Shown here piece after piece: positions 40,331 through 51,107 of a stretch of 64,000 bases of DNA. The notes under the pieces are model-generated. The model made no database searches. It was not told the origin of the DNA and saw only the letters and a program-made list of their open reading frames with translations. Within the stretch, counting starts at the first letter, position 1; each line of letters begins with the position of its first letter. The stretch comes from Octopus bimaculoides. Taxonomy: Eukaryota. The translations under genes were made by a program, and so were the position numbers. The stretch covers positions 64,212,170 to 64,276,169 of the forward strand of contig NC_068983.1 in assembly GCF_001194135.2 (NCBI RefSeq), written 5' to 3'.

Positions 40331-40698
40331 CTGCTGGTATTAGAGAATTATTTTGCTGTGTCTTTTTTTTGTGTTTTTTAAAAATAACAACAGTTTTTTA
40401 AAATCTTTTTTGCTTTGAGATAGATTCTTCTTGTTTTGAAGATACATTTGTGCGTTATTGTTTGCGTGCGTGCGTGTGTGTGTGTGTGTGCATGTGGCTG
40501 TGTGTACGTGTGTGTGTGTGTATTTGCACGTTCATTCGTTCATATTTATTACACTTGAATCTCTTTAAAATCCTTCCTGTTCCATGTTCTTTCTGGGTCT
40601 ATGTGTATATGTATGTGTGTGCGTGTGTGTGTATTTCTACATACATTTCAAATGTATGTATACACATATGTGTGTGTGTGTATATATATATATATCCA

Positions 40699-40729
<31 letters not shown>

Positions 40730-41414
40730 ATATANNNNNNNNNNNNNNNNNNNNNNNNNNNNNNNNNNNNNNNNNNNNNNNNNNNNNNNNNNNNNNNNNN
40801 NNNNNNNNNNNNNNNNNNNNNNNNNNNNNNNNNNNNNNNNNNNNNNNNNNNNNNNNNNNNNNNNNNNNNNNNNNNNNNNNNNNNNNNNNNNNNNNNNNNN
40901 NNNNNNNNNNNNNNNNNNNNNNNNNNNNNNNNNNNNNNNNNNNNNNNNNNNNNNNNNNNNNNNNNNNNNNNNNNNNNNNNNNNNNNNNNNNNNNNNNNNN
41001 NNNNNNNNNNNNNNNNNNNNNNNNNNNNNNNNNNNNNNNNNNNNNNNNNNNNNNNNNNNNNNNNNNNNNNNNNNNNNNNNNNNNNNNNNNNNNNNNNNNN
41101 NNNNNNNNNNNNNNNNNNNNNNNNNNNNNNNNNNNNNNNNNNNNNNNNNNNNNNNNNNNNNNNNNNNNNNNNNNNNNNNNNNNNNNNNNNNNNNNNNNNN
41201 NNNNNNNNNNNNNNNNNNNNNNNNNNNNNNNNNNNNNNNNNNNNNNNNNNNNNNNNNNNNNNNNNNNNNNNNNNNNNNNNNNNNNNNNNNNNNNNNNNNN
41301 NNNNNNNNNNNNNNNNNNNNNNNNNNNNNNATATATATATATATATATAAATTAACATAATGAGATAAAAGATCCAAGGCTGTGAAACGTTCTCAGAACA
41401 TTTATAAAGAAAAA

Positions 41415-41462
41415 GTCTTACAGCTCTTTCCGAGATATTTTATATATTCCTTCATCAGAGAC
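41415..41462 (-). ncRNA. type I hammerhead ribozyme-like motif (mirror copy)
   Basis: GTCT-CTGATGA-A-GGAATAT(ataaa)ATATCTC-G-GAAA-GAGCTG-TA-AGAC on the minus strand. Confidence 0.6.
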
Positions 41463-41743
41463 CGTTTCATCGAGAAAATGTTTAATAGTTATTATAGAGA
41501 AGATGTGAAATACAGAGTGAAGTGGAGAAATGAAAACAGACGTGAGATACGTAAAGATATAGTATTTGTAGTTCCATTATTTAAGCAGAATGGTGTATAT
41601 ATAAGTTTGGTATAAATTGTGTGTGCTTAAATAATGGAACTGCAAATACAATATACTTACGTATCTGACGCCTGTTTTCATTCCTCCACTTCACTCTATA
41701 TTTCACATCTCTCTATCATAACTATTAAACATTTTCTTGCACA

Positions 41744-41791
41744 GTTTCTGATGAAGAGATATATAAAATATCCCGGAAAGAGCTGTAAGAC
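41744..41791 (+). ncRNA. type I hammerhead ribozyme-like motif
   Basis: GTTT-CTGATGA-A-GAGATAT(ataaa)ATATCCC-G-GAAA-GAGCTG-TA-AGAC. Stems I and II are present. Stem III has G where C would pair. Confidence 0.6.
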
Positions 41792-41894
41792 CTTATCTTT
41801 ATAAATTTTCTAGGACTCCTCATTCATATCATTATCGAACCTGGAGCTTAACTATAGTCTGTCCTTTGGGTCTTCTTGACAATATTACCTCCCA

Positions 41895-41940
<46 letters not shown>

Positions 41941-43612
41941 GCAATATGTGTACGTATGTAGATATAAAATTATATAAGCATATAATCACTTTTTAGAAAG
42001 TGAAACCGATCAGCTGAGAAAGTCCAGATTGACCGTCATATATTATCTTGCAAAATGAATATTATACTGTATACATGCACATGTGTTACCCATTCTGATA
42101 ATGTTCAATATATATTTAGAATGGATAATGCATAAAACAAATTCATTTTCATCAGATTTATGTACGCATATATGTATGTTTGTTTGTCTGTACGTATATG
42201 TGTATACGCATGCGAGCGTGCTGGTGGAAAACTGGCCGGGGAAAATACCTCTGAAATTCCTAGTAAAATGTAGTTTTTTGTTCAAGCCGAAAAACTTCAC
42301 AAACTGTCACTCAACGTTTCCTGAGAATGATCATGGAAGAGTTGTTAACCGTAGGATCAAAACGGTGGTCTACACATATTCATAATTGATGCAGCGTAAG
42401 TATTTAGAATTTCGCTGAATATCAATTTCAAGTAGATTGAAAAGTAAGTTATTAAGTTATTACTTTGCAAAATTACTAGAATCAGTTGCATAAACCGATT
42501 GAGTTTTGACGGAAATTAATATCAGCAATAAAATCGCGGGAGAGTCGAATTGCAATCTGAATAAGTAATTCACCTCTATGCATTGAAATAAATTCCATGA
42601 TAGCAGTTGGAAGAGAAATGTTATTTCAGAATTTAACAGTTTAAGAGACATATGCCATAAATAATAACGTCTAGTGTAAGAGTGAATGCATTTCCCCAAT
42701 TACTAGTAGTTAAAATAATGAACAAATTCTATATAATTGAAGATGGCACATACATACCGATGCATTACCGTAATTACACGCAAGTGTATTATATAGATTA
42801 TATACATACACATATATGTGTATGTTTGTGTGCATGTATGAATTTGCATGCGTGTGTATGAGTGTGTGTGTTTGTGTATGTAATGTATATATGTATGTAT
42901 ATATTCAGGTACATATATACACACAAAATGAGCGTGAGACAGATATAGAGAAATGTCAGTTGTGCCAATATCAGCAGGTCTCAGGGTAACTGTTCCAAGA
43001 ACACTCTTATATATTGTCCATAAACTGTTAGAGGTGTTAGCTCATCTTCATTATCAAAAATTCCCGTCTATTCCAGCACCCTTACTGTCGGAATAGGAAC
43101 CTAGTACTTCGGATTCGGCAACTGTTCGCCACGTTTTACTGAACTGCGTTTCATTGTCGTTACTGTAACTGTAACGTCATACAGTGGTACCTCCTGCACC
43201 ACTGTATGACGTCTGTTGTCTTACTTTGGTTTATGCATAACTTGTGCCCGTCCCTATATAGCTTGTTTTTATCCATACAACTTCTGTGCATTCCTAAATG
43301 TTTAAGCAAGTAGTTACTAAAGAAATAATTATTTGACTTAGGTGACCTAAAGCAATTATTTTTGATCATAATTGCTAATGCCTCGGTCAAAGTGCTTTGC
43401 ATTAGGAATTCCGGCACGTTACCTTCTGATTTGAAATGCCACCGGAGTGAAGTTTGGTTTTTATTACCCTCCCAACATAATGTACCAGCCAGCTATTGGG
43501 GCAAATGATATCGACTATCTTTTTCATTTCCAAACTGCTAGCCTTCATTTAAAAAAAAAAAAATTATAATTATTGTTACATTTTTATTTCCTATTATTAT
43601 CATTATTATTAA

Positions 43613-44019
43613 GGCGGCGAGCTGGCAGAAACTTTAGCTCGCCGGGCGAAATGCTTAGCGGTATTTCGACTATCCTTACGTTCTGAGTTCAATTTCCGGC
43701 TAGGTTGACTTTGCCTTTCGGAGTTGATAAATCAACTACCATTTGTGTACTGGGGTCGATCTAACCGACTGGGCTCCTCCCCCAAAATTTCGAGCCTTCT
43801 GGCCAGAGTTGAGAAGAATCTTTAGTGCGACGGGCAAAATGCTTAGCAGCTTTTCGCATGTTTTTGCGTTCTGAATTCAAATTCCGCCGAGCTCGACTTT
43901 GCCTTTCATCATTTCAAGGTTGATAAATTAAGAACCAGTCAAATCCTGGTATCGATGAGTACCACTAGTCCCTCTACTAAATGTCCGGCCTTGTATCTTT
44001 TCTAGAAAGGATTATTATT
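43613..44019 (+). mobile_element. two tandem SINEs (43613-43820 full, 43822-44019 5'-truncated)
   Basis: GGCGGCGAGCTGGCAGAAAC...GAGTTCAATTTCC..., then a second AAATGCTTAGCAGC...GAATTCAAATTCCGCCGAG... copy ending in an ATT tail. Confidence 0.88.
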
Positions 44020-45202
44020 TGTATTTTAAAAGTACCCATCATTCCGCTTCCTAGAGGAAAAGTAATCATCACTTTTGATGATAATTAATATCTTATTCTA
44101 AAGACTACTTTCTACTTGCATATGAATGTGTCTTAGCCATGTGAGTCAGTGGTAAGATGTGTCTATTGGTGTTTATTTACTTCATGATGTAACATTACGG
44201 AAATATTCACTTTGATTTTTCACCTTTCAAAGTGTCACTAAGATATATATCCCTCAAAGTCTAGTGTGTAAAATCGACAGCTCATTCCCATCCTAGAATG
44301 CTTGCTTGGCTTTTCGTTCTTAATATAATTCTACGTGTCACGTTACGCATTGGAATGTCACGCTTTTAACAACCTCTTCTATGAAAGGAAGATCAACATT
44401 TTTAACACAATAAAGCAGTTTATTTTGTATGGAGTTCAATAAAATAATAATGTTTATAGAATGTGAAAATTTCCATGGGTCTGTTTAGTTCTTAATATTA
44501 GATTGAATTACATCAGATTAAATGCTACACGGAATTTACTTACGTGCATTTTCCTTTACAGTCAAAATATCGACGGTCTCAACATTGCCTTTCATCCTAA
44601 GTACGATTCAATTGTTAGGTTCTATTAAATCGATAGTGCCTAGAAAATACATGTGTGGCCTTTTGCAGATTTTAAAATATATTATTGCTACTGTTGATGT
44701 GTATTATTTGGCAAACATTATTCCAAAAAAAGCTGCAAGATTGACACTCTACAATTAGATATATTTACTAAAGTCTAATCGGTAATTTGATCAATATTTT
44801 GCTTCTAAGACTGGCATATTCTGAGTGCACTTTATATTCTAAGTTTTGAAGATCGAATAAAGAAAAACACATACAGAAGAACAACATTAAAGAACTAATA
44901 GTTCAAACAGTTTGTCCTGAATAAATCAATTGCATAAATGTGTTTGTTGTAAGAGTTGTAGATTATAATGTGATAGATCGCATTATCATTGCTGTAGGAT
45001 ATATAATAAAGGAACTAAAAGTAAGGCATTATGTGATATTTTGTTTTCTAAAGTTAAGTTTTGGTAAGTCCATGTTTATGGACTCAAACTCGCGTGAAAG
45101 GGAACACTAATATACACACGCATGTATCTATATAGGAATATGTGTTGTACAGTAGCGCTACAGTGCATTTTCAAAGAAAATCTTTAGACGTACTCGCTAC
45201 AA

Positions 45203-45241
<39 letters not shown>

Positions 45242-45339
45242 NNNNNNNNNNNNNNNNNNNNNNNNNNNNNNNNNNNNNNNNNNNNNNNNNNNNNNNNNNN
45301 NNNNNNNNNNNATATGTATATATAAATACATACATGCAT

Positions 45340-45360
<21 letters not shown>

Positions 45361-45433
<73 letters not shown>

Positions 45434-45445
45434 CAGACAGATAGA
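45361..45445. repeat. (AG)n-(AGAT)n-(AGAC)n compound microsatellite
   Basis: Seen directly. Confidence 0.95.
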
Positions 45446-45594
45446 TAATGCTGGTACTATTTGGTACATTCTGTCGCTTTAGTGACGTCTATAAATTTGC
45501 TCTTAGGTTGATAAATTGCTAACAAGCCAACCCATATTATTTGTAGTATATACACATATACATACATGCATATATATCAGCGTGTATGTTGCGT

Positions 45595-45655
<61 letters not shown>

Positions 45656-45774
45656 CTGCGTTCGCGTATATACAGATATATACATACGTGCGCGTTTGTG
45701 TGTGTGAGTTTATGTTTCTGTGCTTGTGTACGATTGTATAGGATTCAAATTTATGTGTTTGTAAGTATCATTAT

Positions 45775-45985
45775 GCAGCAAACTTGCAAAATCGTTAGAG
45801 CAACGACAAAAATGCCAGGCTCTAGTTCTTCTGTCTCATGAAGTTCTAGTTTCCAATTTCACCTTCAGCTTTGCCTTTAAACCTCTCGAGGGCAAGAAAA
45901 TAAAGTATTTGTAAATTACGGGCCCGATTTCTCTTATTGCCCCCTCCACTCAATAGTTCTGGCTTTATGCCAGAATTACAATTCC
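45775..45985 (+). mobile_element. highly decayed SINE
   Basis: Weak match to the 43613 family (AAAATCGTTAGAGC..., CTTTGCCTTT). Confidence 0.5.
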
Positions 45986-46499
45986 TAAAGAATAGTTATA
46001 ATTATTTTGTATTCGCTTTGTTACATATGGAGCATTCTTAGTGAAGCAGTACTCTACGGGCCTTATTCATGAATAGAGATGATATATTGTAGGGGAAAGC
46101 GACACGACTCAGGGAACACAGAATGACTTAAGTTTATTATATTTTCAATTTTGAAAGATGTTTAAAGAGAATCAGATAATTTTATATTGACAGTGTTTCC
46201 TTAGGATGTGGACAGTACTCAGAAGAACATCTTTTTTTTAAATTTTGATACTTTGGGGTTCCCTGGCACTTGGTCATGATGTTCCGATAATCACTGGTGT
46301 AGTGTTGTTTTAGATGCCACCTTTTTGAGACCGCTATTTGAATGTGCTTGTATTTAGTTAACGTTTTAAATGCTTTGAGAGACGTATTGCTGAATATTGG
46401 GTTTGGGATGTCTATGAGAAAGCATGCTTTCTCAATTTTGTAAACGATATTTCGTCTATCGGCCTGATTAGCAAAATTGTTTGAATAAAAATATCATAA

Positions 46500-47523
46500 A
46501 GAACAGTGTATGAAGAAGCACTGTCTCTACAATAATGGCAGCCTTTGAGAAAGAGGGAAAAACCTCCCCGTCGAAACAAATATCCGAACGAAAACCAAAA
46601 CTTTCAGATAGGGACCGTCGGATTCTTACGCGAATTGTTAGAAAGGATCATAAAAGTACAGCTCCGAAAATCACTGCAGAGCTTGAAAGATGTTTAAAGA
46701 GAATCAGATAATTTTATATTGACAGTGTTTCCTTAGGATGTGGACAGTACTCAGAACCGAGTTTTCACAAAAACTGTTCGCGAGGAGCTGCAGAAAGCCG
46801 GATTTCACGGGTGGGCTGCAATCACAAAACCACAACTTTCAAAACAAACGTTGCAAAGCGTGTAGATTGGAGTAAAAACCTACTGAATTGGTCCCTAGAG
46901 CCCTGGGAGAATGTTATTTTCTAGGCTGAGTCATTTCTTTACCTCATTTCCGACCAGCGGCCGTGTATACGTATGGAGACAGCCAAAAGAAGCATTTGAT
47001 CCAGACTGCCTTCTTCCAACAGTTAAACATGGAGGAGGATCTGTGATGATCTGGTGGTGGTTGTAATGGAGGTGGGGTTTTATATATTTGAAATCCGCCG
47101 GCCCAATGGTTTCCCTTCATGGAAAAATTAATAGTCAAGACTATTTAAGCATTTTATCTGATCAAATTCATCCTACGTTTAAGGAACTGTTTTCCGGAGG
47201 GAAACGCAATCTTTCAGGATGATAATGCACCAATTCACAAAGATAAAGTTGTTACTGAATTGCACGAGGAACATTCTAGTGAAGTTAAACATCTTATCTG
47301 GCCACCACAGCTCCCAGATCTCAAGATTATTGAATATGTATGGTGCATTTTAGAAAAGCAAGTTCGGATTCGTTATCCTCCACCATCATCGCTACAAGAA
47401 CTGGAGACTGTATTAACTGAAGAATGGGCGAAAATTACTTTGGAATCAATTCAAACTTTGTATGAGTCCATATCTCGTTGAATTCAAAGTTTAAGGTGTT
47501 TCCACTATTTTGTCAAACCCCTG
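46500..47523 (+). mobile_element. Tc1-like DD36E transposon, 5'-truncated, decayed
   Basis: AFEKEGKT..RKPKLSDRDRRILTRIVRK, PTVKHGGGSVMIW and FQDDNAPIH...WPPQLPDLKIIEY (36 residues from D to E). The right TIR is ...CCACTATTTTGTCAAACCCCTG. Confidence 0.9.
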
Positions 47524-47539
47524 GATATACGCACTGTCC

Positions 47540-47940
47540 GGCGATCTTACTGTACGAGTCCTAATTATCGGCCTTTTCCGTAAAAAGTGTCTTCGGCGAT
47601 CTTTACCAAAGATCGGCCTTTGGTAAAGATCTTCACTACGGTGTTAGGCTTAGGGTTTTAGTATCAGGGTTATGATTAGTGTTTTGGGTTAGGGTTACGG
47701 TTACGGTTAGGGATGGAATTCCCTAACTCAACCCTAAAACCCGAACCCTAACCCTAACCCTAACCCTAACACTAAACACTTCTAAAGAAATCGCGCTCTC
47801 TGTATGTCTTTCGCTTTTATGACGTCGTTTCCCTGTTTCTCTCCAACACATTTTACGGAAAATCCGATCTTTGGTAAAGATCGCCGAAGACACATTTTAC
47901 GGAAAAGGCCGATATTTAGGACTCGTACCGTAAGATCGCC
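47540..47940. mobile_element. MITE with 77-bp TIRs and 8-bp TSD (Merlin-like), internal telomeric repeats
   Basis: The TSD CACTGTCC lies at 47532-47539 and 47941-47948. TIRs 47540-47616 and 47864-47940 begin GGCGATCTTAC and differ at 3 positions. The core is TTAGGG-like followed by CCCTAA repeats. Confidence 0.9.
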
Positions 47941-47959
47941 CACTGTCCTACATGAGTGT

Positions 47960-50063
47960 AGGACAAAAGCCCCTACGACAAAAAGCCGCTGGGATAAAAG
48001 CCCCGAGGTTATATTTTTCGGCTATTTTTTTGTCACCTTTTACTTGTTGTAGTTATTATACTGCGACCATGCTGAGGTACCATCCTGAAGAATTGTTAGT
48101 CGAATGTATCGACGCCGGAATTTTACTTATTATTATTTGTTGTAGTTATTAGACTGCGGCCATGCTATCGCTCTACCTTGAAGAATTTTTAGTCGCAGAA
48201 AAATGAGCACCTTAAAATTTTAATTTAAAGTCTTTTGTTTTCTTCGGATCTTATCGGTTTGGCTGCCAGCATTTCAAATATTAAATTTAACCGAAAATTT
48301 TAAGATTTGGCACAAAAATACACTTGCCCAAACTGAATTGCTGGAGTTATTTCTTTTTTTGTAGAAAAATGTTTTTAAAACATTACAGAGGTTTTAATTT
48401 GATCATTTTCACCAAGACAGGAAACAGGACTTGGAAGCTGTCATCTTATGCGTGACTGCACGTTTCGCCGTCAACATCCTGAAAATAGCACGTGTTGTCA
48501 ATATTTGTAAACAACACGTGTTTTGTCTCCAGTAATTTTCTTTTATGTAAATAAATGTTTATGACAATTTAAAAGATTCATCCAAAAGATCTTATTTTAC
48601 TGTTAATTTTAGTACAACTCCCAACCACCTCAATGCTCAATGACAAAAAGAAACGAGCAAAGAAACATTTAAGCATTCAATAGACATTTAAGGCAAATCC
48701 GATGGACAACACGTTATATGCGATAAACACATTACAATTTAAATATTCTTAAAAAAACAAACATTTAAGCAGTTAATTTGCATTTGATGCAAATGCGAGG
48801 AAAAACACGTTACATGAAATGCTAGCGGCCAAATTGATAATATCACGTACGACACAGTATCCTCCTATGTTTTCAATTTTTCCACAATAGAAGCGAAGTT
48901 ACTGAAGCTTGCTACCGTAATCCCACGAACAGGACACAACGTCAAATTTGTCAACACGTGCATCCTCGCAGATAAGAGATTTTTCAAAGACTGTTAATAC
49001 GGCAACAGACAAACGAGTTCTATGTTCCGCTTCTTACAACTGAAACAGGAATGAATGTGTCTGAGGCTTACGATTGGCTAAAATTACGAAAATGTTCAGT
49101 CTTTAATTACTAATAACCCTTTATTTATTGATTTATAGCGAAAATTACTTGCACGTTATTAATTAGCCTATAAAAATGTATCATTATCCTGAATATGAAA
49201 TCAATGCGAAAAGAATTAATGCTGGCAGCCAAACCGGCAATATCTTTCTCTTCTCTCAGCACTTACAGATTAATGAGAATGAATTGACCTTTTGAACTTT
49301 CTCGGACCGTTGAAAGTCTAACAGAATTATGGCGCCGAAGGCTAGTCGTTCAAATGTACTTCTTATCGTTTTTATGTTTCTACACATTTCTCGAAGTAAA
49401 TGCTTTCCGTTTTGTTAGAATTCAGACAATATGTACATTGACTAGTAAAGGGTCTTGTATTCTCTTATTCTGTTCTACTTACTAATTTTCGATTGAATTT
49501 ATTTTATTTGCTGAAAAATTGGAATGTTGAAAAATATATTTTTCTTTTACAACCGCGATTTCCGTTTTTGTTTACGTGAAATTATGAAAAAAAACTTTAA
49601 AGATTTAGCTGTTATTTCTAGTATGTGGAGAGACCTTCTATGCTTAACTTTATGTGCTGATTGATAATCACCGAAAAATGATTCTGGGGTGGACTGAAAC
49701 AAGTAAAAATGACTGAAACAAGTAAAATTTTTTTAGAAAATATAAAAACAAAAAACCGAAGAACCAAAATATATAACCAAGGAGGTTCTAAAAAAATTTG
49801 AAGCGATTTGGCTTTTATGTCTAGCTTCTGGAGAGACCTTCTAGGCTTAACTTCATGCGATGGTTGGAAATCATTAAAAAAAATTCTGGGGTGATGCATT
49901 CGTCTAAGATTTCCTCAAGGTAGTGCCCCAGTATGGCCACAGTCTAATGACTGCAACAAGTAGAATGAAAAAAAAAATCGAAAAAATAACCGAAAAATAT
50001 ATGGGGCTTTTGTCCGACGGGCTTTAGTCGGCATGGCTTTTGTCATAAAGGGGATTTTATCCT
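47960..50063. mobile_element. non-autonomous TIR element with GGACAAAAGCCCC-type subterminal repeats
   Basis: TAGGACAAAAGCCCC...ATATTTTTCGGCTATTTTTT at the left is inverted at the right as AAAAAATAACCGAAAAATATATGGGGCTTTTGTCC...GGGGATTTTATCCTA. No TSD resolved. Confidence 0.7.
48247..49244. mobile_element. inner inverted-repeat element
   Basis: Perfect 19-bp inverted repeat CGGTTTGGCTGCCAGCATT (48255-48273) / AATGCTGGCAGCCAAACCG (49218-49236), extending imperfectly to about 27 bp. Confidence 0.55.
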
Positions 50064-50709
50064 AGGAGGTTGTCCGGATCTCGTCCTGCATATACGTCTG
50101 TTTGCCTTAGAATATTGCTTTCGATGCGACGGAAGAATACCAGAATATTCACAGCAACATTGGATACAAGCCAACCACCCTAAAGTGTGTTTCACGTCTT
50201 ATATGTTATACAGTATATGGTATATTCGATATGTTACATATTATAAATCATAAACTTTTATATTACATTAACTCATACAGACGGACCATGCAATTATAAG
50301 CCGTTTATCCAAGCAGAACATACTGATTAACTATGTAACTCCAACGTACAGAATATGTATTGAAATTAATGTCTAATTATCTATGTAACCCGGGAGTGTG
50401 TCTGTGTGTCCGACCTTACTAAAAGGTTTTTATGTGAGTCAGTATGCCACTAGACAAACATGTTCCTTTGAGAATATGTACTGACGTATGTATGTACGAT
50501 GATATAGCTATGTATGCATGTGTAAATATGTATGGGTGTGTGTGTGTGGAGGAGTACATATTTCGATATATCTGGGTGCGTGTGATTACACAAAAAATAT
50601 AGATGTTTGTGTGTGTCCCCGTGTATGTAAATATAGGGGCACACACACAAACAGATGTAAATTGTGCTATGGAGATATTAGGAAAAAGGATAACGGTGGT
50701 TATCTTACC

Positions 50710-50959
50710 TGTAGATTTGGAGGGAGCGCTCTCTCACCACCCAGGCGGGCGTTTTCTTCTGTTGGTCGTACACACACGTCTTGACTTCACGTTGTCTGTC
50801 TGCCTTCTCACCTCTTCCTGTGCTCGCTGCACGTGCTCTCTTGAGTGCTTCCGTCTTCAGGGACTCCCGACATGGTCTATCCATTCACCCACTTCCACCT
50901 TCACCACAGCTTCAGCTCAATACTACACGCTCCCTATCTAACAATCCCTATCAGTTACA
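50710..50959 (-). mobile_element. 3' LTR of the Gypsy element
   Basis: 250 bp bounded by TGTAAC...CTACA on the minus strand, directly after the polypurine tract AAAAGGGA (50960-50967). Confidence 0.65.
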
Positions 50960-51107
50960 TCCCTTTTATAGTCTTCCAGTCACTTATGTGGATTACGCTC
51001 TGTTCGGGATCGTTGCAAGAATGCGGTGCCAGCCACTCCCTCTCTTTGTTCTTTGTCACTGGAAGAGCTCACGTTGCTCCTGACGTCTTCGACATGACGC
51101 AGCATTC

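Larger units (their letters stand above)
41389..41815. mobile_element. fold-back palindromic element C with a hammerhead-like motif in each arm
   Basis: TTTATAAAGAAAAAGTCTTACAGCTCTTTCC...TTCCATTATTTAAGC pairs with GCTTAAATAATGGAA...GGAAAGAGCTGTAAGACCTTATCTTTATAAA. Confidence 0.88.

Noticed and set aside
47643-47770. Ancestral telomere-telomere fusion site
   Set aside because: The repeats lie inside a TIR element with a perfect 8-bp TSD, so they arrived by transposition.
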